Shown piece after piece: positions 9,701 to 21,700 of a stretch of DNA of 64,000 bases. Position numbers and translations under genes: made by a program. Every line of letters starts with the position of its first letter. Position 1 is the first letter of the stretch. The notes beneath the pieces were generated by a model, which worked only from the letters and a program-made list of their open reading frames with translations, made no database searches and was not told where the DNA came from. The stretch is from Thermoanaerobaculia bacterium (GTDB lineage Bacteria > Acidobacteriota > Thermoanaerobaculia > Multivoradales > UBA5704): contig JBGAGQ010000008.1 of assembly GCA_044226625.1 (NCBI GenBank), positions 1 to 64,000 on the forward strand, written 5' to 3'.

Positions 9701-12700
9701 TCCTCTTCGGCCTCGAGGCGGTCGAGGAGGATTTCCTCGACCGCGACCGCTTGCACCTCGACCGTCGGCGCCTCGAAGAACGACACGAGAGAAAGCTCGA
9801 CGTCGAGGCGCTCGCGGATCCGCGCCAGAACTTGCGTCGCCAGCAGGGAATGCCCTCCGAGCTCGAAGAAGTTGTCCCGGACTCCAACCCGCGCAAGACC
9901 GAGCACGTCGCTCCAAATCGAAGCTAGCAACTGCTCCATCTCGGTTGCGGGCTCCGAGAAGGAAGCATCGAGCGTCGGGCGCTCGACGTTCGGCGCCGGA
10001 AGGGCTCTCCAATTCACTTTGCCGTTCGCCGTGATCGGCAACGCCGCCAAGAAATCGAAGCTCGCCGGCAGCATGTGCTCCGGTAGGTTCTCGGCGAGAG
10101 ATCGCCGTAGCTCGCTCGCGCTAGGACGGTCGGCCGCGACGAGGTAGGCCGCCAGTCGCAGGTCTCCCGAGCCGCCGGGTACCACTGTGACGACGGCATC
10201 GGTCACGCCTGCCAGCCCTCGAAGAGCGGCTTCGATCTCCCCCAGCTCGATTCGGAAACCGCGGACTTTGACCTGTCGATCGATTCGGCCCAGGAACTCG
10301 AGCGCGCCGTCGGGTCGAATACGCGCAAGATCTCCGGTTCGATAGAGCCGGCCTCCCGGCGTCGTACCGAGCGCGTCGGGAACGAACCGCTCGGCGGTCA
10401 CGTCGGGCCGGTCGAGGTAACCGCGCGCCAGACCGACGCCGCCGATTGCGAGCTCCCCGGGTACCCCGACTGGAACCGGGCCGCCGCCCGGCGCGACCAC
10501 ATCTACTGTGATACCACGAATGGGGCGTCCGATCGGTGGCCCCCAGGGGAACGGACCGGTCTCGCCCGTGAGGTCGATTTCGGTCGCCACAATCGTCGCC
10601 TCGGTCGGACCGTACGTGTTGACCAACCGGACCTTCGTTCCGGCGCCTTGCTGCCAGAGCTGGAGCCTGTCCAGGGTCGCCCGCTCCCCGCCGATGATAA
10701 CCAACCGCAAAGTCTCCGGCAGAAGGGTTTCGCCCGCGGCGAGCACCGCCGCGATCTCGCCCCAGTAGACCGTAGGGAGGTCCAGGACCGTGACGCCGAG
10801 CTCGCCACAACGCCGGAGAAACACGGCGGGAGAATTCAACATTTCGTCGTCGCGCAACACGAGGGCTGCACCGCTCGCGAGGGCCGGGAAGATCTCCTCC
10901 GCCGCCGTGTCGAAACTAATGGAGGCGAACTGCAACACCCGGTCGTCGTCGGTCAAACCGAACCGTTCGATCGCCGAGGCCACGTAAGCGCCGAGTGCCG
11001 AGCGCGACACGCCGACGCTTTTCGGCCGACCGCTCGACCCGGAAGTGTAGATCGCATAGGCGAGGGTCTCCGGGGCCGTCCACACGGGCGCCTCCGCCCC
11101 TTCGTCTTCCACGACTCCGAGAGACAACAGATCATCGAGAAGAAACATCCGCTGCTTGCTGGAATGGATCGTTGGGGCGGACGAGCTCGCGACGATCCAT
11201 GCAACCCCGGCGTCTTCGAGCATGGCCCTCTTCCGCTCGATCGGATAGGTCGGATCGATCGGCAGATACGCTGCCCCAGCCTTCCAAATGCCGAGGAGAG
11301 CCGCGATCAGCTCCGGCGAGCGGGCCGAGGAAACCGCGACAAGATTCTCCGCTCGGACGCCAGCACGAACCAGTCTCGTCGCCAGGAGGTCGGCGGCCCG
11401 GTCGAGATCTCCGTAAGACAGCTCGATGCCGTGAGAACGTAGGGCAGGCGCCCGAGGCCGTCTGCGCGCTTCAGCCTCGAAGCGCGAGAGCGCATCGAAG
11501 TAGGCGGACGGTGGACCTCCCGAACGCTGGCCCAACAGCTCGGCTCGCTCCTCGGCTCCGAGCAGTGGCAGCTCCGAAAGCCTCTGGCCCGGCGCCGCCA
11601 GTGCGCCGGCGAGCAGAACCGCGAAGCGCGAACCCCAGCGCTCGGCCGTCGAATCGTCGAAAAGATCGCGGTTCCAGCCCAGCGAAGCGACCAGTTGGTC
11701 ACCGATCTGCAGGAACCAGAGGGTCAAGTCGAAGTGGGCGCGACCGACCTGGAACGAATCGTCTCCCTCGACGACCGGACGCGGCCCGGAGCCGGCGCCT
11801 CCGGTGTTCTGAAACTCCAACATCACCTGAAACAGGGGCGTGTGCGCGAGGCTGCGCTCGGGTCGGATCTCTTCGAGCAGCTTTTCGAACGGCAGATCCT
11901 CGTGGGCGAACGCACCGAGCGTCACCTCGCGTACTTGCTCCAGGAAACGCCCGAAACCGATGGCACCCGACGGTTTCATTCGTAAAACGAGGGTATTGAC
12001 GAAAAACCCGATCAACCCTTCGATCTCCGGAAGCCCTCGGCCCGCCGTGTAGGTGCCGACGCTGATGTCCTCGTCGTGGGTATGGCGGAAGAGCAGGGCC
12101 ACCCAGGCTCCGAGCAGGACCATGAACTGCGTCATGCCTTCTCGCTGACCGTGGCCGCGTACGGCCGCAAGCAGCTCGGGGCCGAGCCCCAGCCGTCGGC
12201 GCGCGCCCCGATGAGTCTGGATCGGAGGCCGCGGTCGATCGAGCGGCAGATCGAGCACGGGGGGCGCGCCGGCCAGGCGCCCGCGCCAATAGTCCAGGAG
12301 ATCTTCGAGCGCGGGGCCCTCCAACCAGGATCGTTGCCAAGCGGCGAAATCCGCGTACTGCACCGGCAGCGGCGCAAGGCTCGGGGCGACGCATGCCAAC
12401 GCGGCCTGATAGAGGATGGACAGCTCACGGATCAGGAGCGTCATCGACCAACCGTCGGTCACGATGTGGTGAAGCGTTAGGAAGAGTCGACTTTCAGTAG
12501 GACCGAGTACGAGCCAGGCCCTCAGGAGCGGCCCTTGGGCGAGGTCGAACGGAAGACTCTGCTCGCGCATCGCCGCGACGCGCGCCGCGGCATAGGCCAT
12601 GTCACCGGAAAGGCCTCCGCAATCGACCACCGACAATGGCAGCGGCGCGGCAGCCAGGATTTCCTGGTGCGGCTCGCCTCCGTGGCTCGCGAAGCGGGTA

Positions 12701-15700
12701 CGCAGGACTTCGTGGCGGCGCAGCACCTCCGAAAGCGCCGCCGAGATCGCGGCGGCGTTCACACGACCGGGTAAACCGATCGAGGCCGGCAGGTTGTATG
12801 CCGGATTGCCCGGCTCGAGCTGGTCGAGGAACCATTGGCGAGCCTGCGAGAACGAGAGCGGCAGCGGCAGATCCCTCGAGGCTCGTTCGATCCGGGGGAC
12901 CGGAACCCGATTCTCGGACGCCGCTCGGGCCGCGCCGACGACCGCCGCCAATCCGCCGACGGTCGGCAGCTCGAAGAGCTGCGTCAGGGAGACCTCGACC
13001 CCGAACGCGCGGCGGACGCGCGAGGTGATCTGGATCATGCGGAGCGAATGTCCACCCAGCTCGAAGAAATCCTGATCTATCCCGACCCGCTCCAGTCCGA
13101 GCACTTCGCACCAGATGCCGGCGAGGATCTCCTCGATCCCGTTTCTCGGCGCCAGAGGCTCCCGGCTCGGCTGGTCGGACACCACGTCGGGCATCGGCAA
13201 GGCGTTGCGGTCGAGTTTGCCGTTGCGGGTCAACGGCATTGCCTGCAAGGTGACGAATCGGCTCGGTACCATGTAGGCCGGCAGGCGCTCGGCGAGGTAG
13301 GTCTCTATCTCCCCGAGGCTCGGGAAGGTCTCGGTCTCGAACGTCACCAGATAAGCGACCAGATGCAGGTCGCCCGTGGCGAGAGCGCGGATCAGGACGG
13401 CCGCCTCGCTCACCGCCGGATGGCGCGAAAGAACGGACTCGATCTCGCCAAGCTCGATTCGATGCCCCCTGAGCTTCACCTGATGATCGATCCGGCCGAG
13501 GAAATCGAGGTCGCCGCAGGGTTGGCGGCGCGCCAGATCGCCGGTGCGGTACATCCGGGCGCCCGGCCGCCGGGTGAAGGGATCCGGAACGAAGGCCTCG
13601 GCCGTACGACCTGGATCGTTCAGGTAGCCGCGACCGACCCCGGCTCCCGCGACGCACAGCTCTCCGGGAACGCCGATCGGCGTGGGCTCGAAATCCCGGC
13701 CGACCGTCACCAGCGCCATCTCGCGCAACGTTCGGCCGATCGAGATCGACTCAGCGTCCTCGGCTGGAGCACAGACGAGATGGAAATGCGACACGTCGTC
13801 CGAGCATTCGGTCGGCCCGTAGGCGTTGACCAGCGGCACAGACGGGAAGAGAGCGAACCAGCGCCGCGCTAGATCGGGAGGCAACGCCTCTCCGGTTGGG
13901 ATGATCCAGCGCAAGCCAAGAAACTCCTCGCGCTCGACGTCTCCTCGCTCCACCCCCTCTACGACGACCCGGAGCAGTGAGGGTACCAGCTCCGCCACGG
14001 TGATCCCGAGCCTGCGGATCGCATGCGCGAGACGGAGGGGCTCGTGTGAGGTTTCGTCATCGAGGATCACCGTGCGACCCCCAACCAACAACGCGGCCAG
14101 GAACTGCCAAATCGAAATGTCAAAACACTGGGAGGCGGTCTGAGCGATCGCGTCTTCGGGCCCCAGCTGAAGGTCCTCGACCTTCGCGTAGAGGTGGTTG
14201 ACCATACCCCGGTGCTCGAGCATCGCCCCTTTGGGAAGGCCGGTCGAGCCCGATGTGAAGATCACGTAGGCGAGATTGGACGCCAGGGGCGCGAGCGGGA
14301 TCACATCGGGTGATGAGCCGCCGCCCATGACGTCCGCCAGCTGGACGACAGGCGGCGCAGCCTCTCCCAAAGGCTCGACGGCCGCGAGGGCCGCCGCCTC
14401 GAATTCGGCTTCCGCAACGAGAAGACGCACTCCAGCGAGGCGCAAAACTTGAGTCCAGCGAAGCGGCGGGTGCGCCGGGTCGAGCGGGAGGTAGGCCGCG
14501 CCCGCCTTCATGGCACCGAGAATGGCGACGAGGAAATCGGCGCTTCGCTCCGCGACGATCGCGATCAGTGAATCAGGGCCGAGCCCCCGAGCCGCCAAAA
14601 CTCGCGCCGAAATATCGCTCGCCCGGTTCAGTTCGGCATAAGTGAGCTCGCGTCCCCGGTGTAGCACGGCGATTCGTTGAGGGGTGCGCAGCGCTTGAGC
14701 TCGGAATAGGTCCGGCAGGGTGCCCGCCTCGTCGGCCGCCACCGAGGTGTCGTTCCATTCGACGAGAGTTTGATGGCGCTCCGAGGGAGCGAGCTTCGGC
14801 AAGGAGGAGAGGGGTAGTTCGGACCTTCCGCTGAAGGAGACGAGCAAAGTCGCAAGGCCGTCGAGCAAACGCCCCGCGTCTATCACGTCGACACGCGTGG
14901 TGTCGTAGGACAGGCGGAGGGCGAGCTCCGGGCCTGGATAGGCGAACAACGCCAGAGGCTGGTCGGCCTGGTCGAGCCCGCGCGCACCATGGAGCAGCTC
15001 TTGAGATTCGCGACCACGCGCGCTCCGACGCTGCAGGACGACCAGAGACTCGAATAGGGGACGACCGGGAGCGACCTCGCTGGCGAGTCGAACCCGCGAG
15101 AGCGGAACGTGCTCGAATTCTCGGACCGAGCCGACGTTGCGTTGCAGGTCGACGAGCCAGCGGCCGAGCCGTTGGAAAGGCGTTGCGCGCACGCGAAGGG
15201 GAACGGTCGCGATGAACAAGCCCGCAATCGATTCGACCTCCGCGAGGTCGGACGGACGGCCCTGGCTGACCATCCCGAACAGAACGTCCTCGTCGCCGCT
15301 CCAGAGCGAGAGCGCCAACGCCCAGGCGGCAACCACCGCCGTATGAATCGAGATGCCGATCTCCCGGCAGGCCTCGGCCAGCAAGTCGGTCTCGGTCTTC
15401 GAAAGCGCGACGCCGCGTCGCCCTGCCCGGGCTTCTAAGACCGGGTTGGGGGGCGCCAGGAGCGCGGGCGAAGTGGGCGCCTCGAAACCTGCAAGGTACG
15501 AGCGCCAGAAGCCGTCGCCGGCTCCGGGCTCTCGGCGATCGAGCCACGCAAGAAATTCTCGATACTGGGGGGCCGGCTCAGGAACCGGCTCGCGTCCGGC
15601 TCGAAGCTCGGCGTAGAGCGAGGTCCACTCGGTCGACAAGAGATCGACGCTCCAGGCATCGAGCAGGGCATGGTGCCAGCTCCACGCCAAGATCGACCGG

Positions 15701-18700
15701 CCGCCTCCCCGGAATACAAGGGAGAGCCGCGCGATCGGCGCCCGCGCGAGATCGAGGGCCCGACGCTCGGAGATTAGGAGGTCGTTCCAACGCACCTCGG
15801 CCTCGGACGGCTCGAGGTTGCGCCAATCCGCCACGAATAGGGGCACCTCGACTCTCGGCTCGATGATCTGGATCGGCTCGTCATGCCTTTCCCATTCGAA
15901 ACGAGCGCGCAAGATCGAGTGCCGAGCAAAGACCATCTCCCACGCCCGACGGAGGGCGGCGACGTCGATCTCCTCGTCGAACGAGTAGATCTCCTGGTTG
16001 AAATAGACCCCCGAACCCGGATTGAGCAGGTGGAACACGAGCATCGATTCCTGCATCGGCGAAAGGCGCCAGACCGAACCGCCCTCAAAGGTCGCGGCTG
16101 GAACAGAGGTCGGGCGCACTTCCACGACCGACGAAGCGAGCGCGGCGATGGTCGGCGCGGCGAACAGCTCTCGCGGTTCGATCCCGAGACCGAGGCGGCG
16201 CGCGCGGGACACCAGGCGCAGAATCAGAATCGAATCGCCGCCGAGCGAGAAGAAGTTGTCTCGAACGCCGATCCGCTCGTGACCCAGGACCTCGCGCCAA
16301 AGCTCCACCAGCCGTGCTTCGATCGGCGAGGTGGGGGGATCGATCTCGCGCTCGGCTTCGAATGCCGAAGTCGACGTCGGCAAGGCCCGTCGATCCACCT
16401 TGCCGTTCGCCGTCTTGGGCAACTCAGCGAGAACCCCCAACTCGGAGGGCAGCATGTAGTCCGGCAGGCGCTCCCTGAGATGGGCCCAGAGAGCGCCCCG
16501 CGCCGGCTCGCCGCCATGCCGAGGCGCCAACCAGGCGATCAACCGCGGCCCTCGTTCGGCGTGCTGCACCACCACCGCCGCCTCGGCCACCTCGGGGTGC
16601 GCGACGAGCGTCGATTCGATCTCACCGAGCTCGATCCGAAAGCCGCGCACTTTGACCTGGCGGTCCGAGCGACCGAGGAATTCGATTCGGCCGTCATGCC
16701 GGAAACGCGCTAGGTCACCCGTGGCGTAGAGCCTTGCCCCAGGCCGACCGCTCCAGGCGTCCGGGACGAATCGCTCCGCGGTCAAGCCCGGCCGACGGTG
16801 ATAGCCGCGGGCGAGCCCCTCCCCTCCGAGGTGCAGCGCACCGGCGACGCCGACGCCCACCGGGGTTCCCCATGGATCGAACACGAAGGTACGCCCGCCC
16901 GCGATCGCTCGGCCGATGGTGACGTCGGCTGAATCGACGGCGACATCGTCCCCGGTGGAGTAGGTCGTGTCTTCCGTCGGTCCGTAGAGATTGCACAGTC
17001 GCGTCGCTCCGGCTGAAAACACGCGATCCGCCAACGATCTCGGCAAAGCTTCACCGGCTAGGATCACGGTGCGGGCGGAGGGCGGGAGGGGAGCCTTGAA
17101 GAGCAGCTCGCTCATCGCTGAAGGCACCGTGTTCACCAACGTCACCTGATCGCGCGCCGGCAGATCCGGCAGGGCAAGGACGTGATCGGCGAGGACGACG
17201 ACTCCACCGACGGCCAGGGGCGCGAAGAGCTCGAAGATCGAAAGGTCGAAGCAGATCGAGGTCGAGGCGAGCACGCCGGAAAGTTCGCTCGGCGAAAACG
17301 ATCGAACCGCCCACGCGATGAAAGCCGTGGCCGAGCCGTGGGTGATCTCAACGCCCTTGGGGCGGCCGGTCGATCCCGAGGTGTAGATCAAGTAGGCGAG
17401 GCCGGCAGGGTCGATACGACGCGCCCGAACCGGAGGTCCTCCCGAGAGCGCCTTCACGTCGAGCCGCCGTCCGTGCCAATCGCCGATGGCGTCGGCGGTT
17501 TCAGGGTCGGTCAGAAGGACCGCCGCGCCCGAATCATCGAGCATGAAGCGATTCCGGTCCCGCGGATACTTGGGATCGATCGGAACGTACGCCGCTCCCA
17601 CCTGGAGCACCGCGAGGATCGCGGCCACCAGATCTACATCACGCGAGAGGAGGATCCCGATCCGCGCCTCGGCATCGAGGTCTAGATCGGCGAGACGCGA
17701 AGCGATCGCGGCAACCCGCCGGTCGAGCTCGGCATAGGAGACACGCTCGGTCCCGACCACTACGGCAAGGGCCTCGGGAATGCGCCTCGCTGTCGTCGCG
17801 AACACCTCGTAGAGCGAGGGAGATGACGGTAAAACCGCTGCCGTGCCGCTCCACTCGCGGGTCACCTGCGCGAGCTCCGGTGCCGACAGCAACGGCGCGG
17901 CGTCGAACGTCGAATCGGGCCACGCAGCCATTGCCGCGAGTGTCCGCTGGTACCAACCGCCGAGCACTTGCGCCTGATCCCTCCCCGTGCGCGTGGTGTC
18001 GTGCTCCAGACTCAAGGTGATGTGCCGGCCCTCCTCCGCGGGTGCGAACACCACTTGGATCTTGAAGCTCGTTCCCTCTCGGCTCTTGAAACGGAGGACT
18101 TTCAGGTCGCCGCGATCGAGAACGCGATCAACGACATGGAACTGGATGTAGTTGAACACCAGATCGAAGAGCGTATCGACCCCGAGGTCCTTGTGGATCT
18201 GGGCCAGTGGGTAGCGCCGATAGGGGGGCATTCGGCGTTCCGCATCGAAGACCCGGCGCATCAGATCGAGCCAGGAAGAAGGCTCGAGCACCATACGGAA
18301 AGGTAAAGCGTTCAAAAACAGGCCGCGAAGCCGATCGCCGTCCGGAACCTCGGGGCGACCGTTCGCCACGATCCCCGCGAGCACGTCGGCGCTGCCGCTC
18401 GCCAGGGCGAGGACGCGGAGGTGTGCTGCGAGGAGGAGCGACTTGAGCGGTACCGCCGCGCGGCGCGCGACTCGGCGCAGGTCGGAGGCCAGCTCGGTCG
18501 AGATCACGACCCGGTGCGACTGGATACGTCGGCCGGCGGAGGGTACCGGCGTGGGCCAGGACGGCAACGCGGATAAGGTCGCGCCTTCGAGCTGCAGGCG
18601 CCAAAACTCGCGGCATTCCGGTGACGCGATGGTCTCTCGCTCCAGGGCCACGAAATCGCGGTACGTCACGGCCAATGGGGGCTCGGGCGCTCTCGGCTCG

Positions 18701-21700
18701 CCCCCTAGATCGGCCAGGTAATCTTCGAAAAGCTCCGCCAAGGAGCTATGGAGGCTCCAGCCGTCCCAGAGGGCGTGGTTTTCCGTGACCGTGAGCTCGA
18801 ATCGGCGCGCTCCCCGAAGGTGAACCTTGCAGCGCAGCTGCGGAAGATCGGCCGGCCCAAAAACCCGACGCTTCTCCTCCGCGATCCAGGCATCGACAAC
18901 CGCTTCCTGGTCGGCGTCGTCGAGGGATGAGATGTCCTCCATCACGACAGGCAGCGCGGCGGTCTGATGCACCAGCTGGATCGACTCCGAGAACGAAGCC
19001 AGGTCGAAGGAGGTTCGAAGCACCGGATGCCGCGCCACCATCCGATCGACGGCACGCTGAAACGTCGCGCGGTCGAATACCCCTTCAATCAGCCAACTGT
19101 CGACGTTGTGATACGGCGGATCTTCGGGTTTGAGGGCCATGTGATAGAGCATCCCGGCCTGAAGGTAGCTCAGCGGGTAGGCATCCTCGAGGTCCGAAGG
19201 AAGACGGGTACGCTCGCTCACATCGATCAAGGAAAATGGGGCGCTCGGCGCAGGCCGCTCGCTCGTCGCGGCACTGGCGCGGCGGGCGAGCTCGGCGACC
19301 GTCTGGTACTGGAAAATGTCCTGGAGCGAGATGTCGAGACCGCGTTCGCGCGCGAGCACTACCGCCTGAAGGCTGCGCATCGAATCTCCACCCAAGGCGA
19401 AGAAGTTGTCTCGGACACCAACGCGATCGATTCCGATCACCTGCGCCCAGACGCCGACGAGAATCTCTTCCGCATCAGTTTCGGGGTCCACGATTTCCTG
19501 CTCGAGCTGGGGGCGCTCCTTACCGGGAGCCGGCAACTGCTTTCGGTCGAGCTTGCCATTGGGCGACAGAGGAAGTCGGTCGAGGAAGACCCAGGCCGCC
19601 GGCAGCATGAACTCGGGCAACCGCGCCTTGAGGAACTCGCGCAACTCGAAGGACTTCGTCTCCTCCGATACCAAATAAGCGACGAGCCTGGCGTCTCCGG
19701 CGCGTTCCTGCACCGCGAGCACCGCCGCCTCGCCCACCTTCGGATGCTCGAGCAGCGCCGATTCGATCTCGCCGAGCTCAATGCGGAACCCACGCACTTT
19801 CACCTGCAAGTCGATCCGGCCGAGGTACTCGATCGCTCCGTCGACCCGGTAGCGCGCCAGATCGCCCGTGCGATACGCCCGTTCCCCCTCGCTCCTGGCA
19901 AAGGGATTCGGAATGAACCGTTCGGCGGTGAGAGTCGGCCTTTCCAGATAACCGCGACCGAGTCCCACGCCGACGATCAGCAGTTCGCCTGGAACCCCGA
20001 ACGGCAACAGTTGGAGGTATGCGTCGACGATATGGATGCGCAGGTTCGAGATCGGCAACCCAATGGGAACCGAGCGTCGGTCGCCGCTCCGGCATGCCCA
20101 GTAGGTGACGTCGACCGATGCTTCGGTAGGGCCATAGAGGTTGTGCAGAGGAGCAGCCGAGCGCGAGTACCATCGCTCGACCAGGTCGGCGCCGAGCGCC
20201 TCGCCGGAACAGATCACGCGCCGAAGGCTGGGCCAGGCTGCGGCTCCTGGCTCGTCGACGAACGCCCGAAGCATGGACGGCACGAAATGCAGGGTCGTGA
20301 TCCCTTCCCGCTCGATCAGTTCGCTGAGATAGGACGGCTCGCGATGACCTCCGGGTTTGGCCATCACGAGCCGAGCCCCCATCATCAGCGTCCAGAAGAA
20401 CTCCCAGACGGAGACGTCGAAGCTGAAGGGAGTCTTCTGGAGCACCCGATCTTCCGGGCCCAGGCCATATTCCTCCTGCATCCAGAGCAGGCGGTTTGCG
20501 ATTCCGCCGTGAGGCACCATCGCGCCCTTGGGTCGCCCCGTCGATCCCGAGGTGTAGATCACATACGCGAGGTTCGACAGCTCGAGCCCGGGATGGTGAG
20601 GTTGGTCCGAGAAGGTCTCGATCTCCCTCCAAGCCTCGTCGAGCGCCAAGCAGCGGGCCGAGGTCATGAGGTCCGCGCGGAGCTGCTCTTGGATCAAGAG
20701 CACCCGGACGCCCGAGTCCGTAAGCATGAATTCCCGGCGCTCCGCGGGGTAATCCGGGTCGATCGGCACGTAGGCCCCCCCCGCCTTCACCACGCCGACC
20801 AGCGCCAGCACCATTTCGATCGAACGATTCGCGCAGACGCCGACGCGAACGTCCGGTCCGACGCCGAGCGATCCCAGCGCCCGCGCCAGCCGGTTGGTCC
20901 GCCGATCCAGCTCGCCATAGCTCACCCAGAGGTCTTCGGCGACGAGCGCCACGACATCGGGAATTGCCTGCGCCCGGGACCTCAAAAGACTGCCCAGGTC
21001 CGCCGTGTCCGGATAGCCGCGATCGGTCCGGTTCAAGCCGACAACGATCTGATCGCGCTCGCCCGCGTCGAGCATCGCCAGCTCGGACAGCGGTGCCTCC
21101 GGCTCGTCTGTGCAAGCCTTCGCGAGCACGACGTAATGACATGCAAGGCGGTCTATGGTCGCCGGCTCGAAGAGGTCCGCGTTGTACTCGAAGAGACCGG
21201 AAAGACCCAAAGCATCGTCGCCGAAGACGACGTTGAGCTCGACCTTCGCGGTCCGGTCTTCGAGCGATACCGGCGTCGCCTCGAGCCCGGCGAAATCCAG
21301 GCGGCCCGGGTTTGCGTTGCCGAAGGAGAAAATGACCTGGAACAAGGGCGTCTGCGCGAGGCTGCGCTCCGGTTGCAGCTCCTCGACCAACTTTTCGAAG
21401 GGCAGATCGTCGTGTGCGAGCGCATCGGTCACCGCGGCACCCACGGAGGCGAGCAGCTCGCGGAAGGTCTGGGTTCGAGTCGCGTCGAGACGAAGAACGA
21501 GCGTGTTGAGGAAGAAGCCGATGAGCGGCTCGAGCTCGGTCCGTTTGCGGTTCGCGACCGGAGTGCCGATCGGCAAATCGATCTGTCCGGAATAGCGCTC
21601 CAAGAGACTGGCGAAAACCGCGAGCAACGTCATGAACAGCGTCCGGCCCTCACCGCGGGCCAGCGCGCGCAGGGCCTCCGAGAGCTCGGGATCGAGCCTC

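Noticed and set aside
59-9927. Many short Arg/Pro/Ala-rich ORFs in the track suggesting a fragmented or pseudogenised region
   Set aside because: One continuous minus-strand NRPS frame from 9700 to the edge explains the region; it is missing from the track only because it has no stop in the window.
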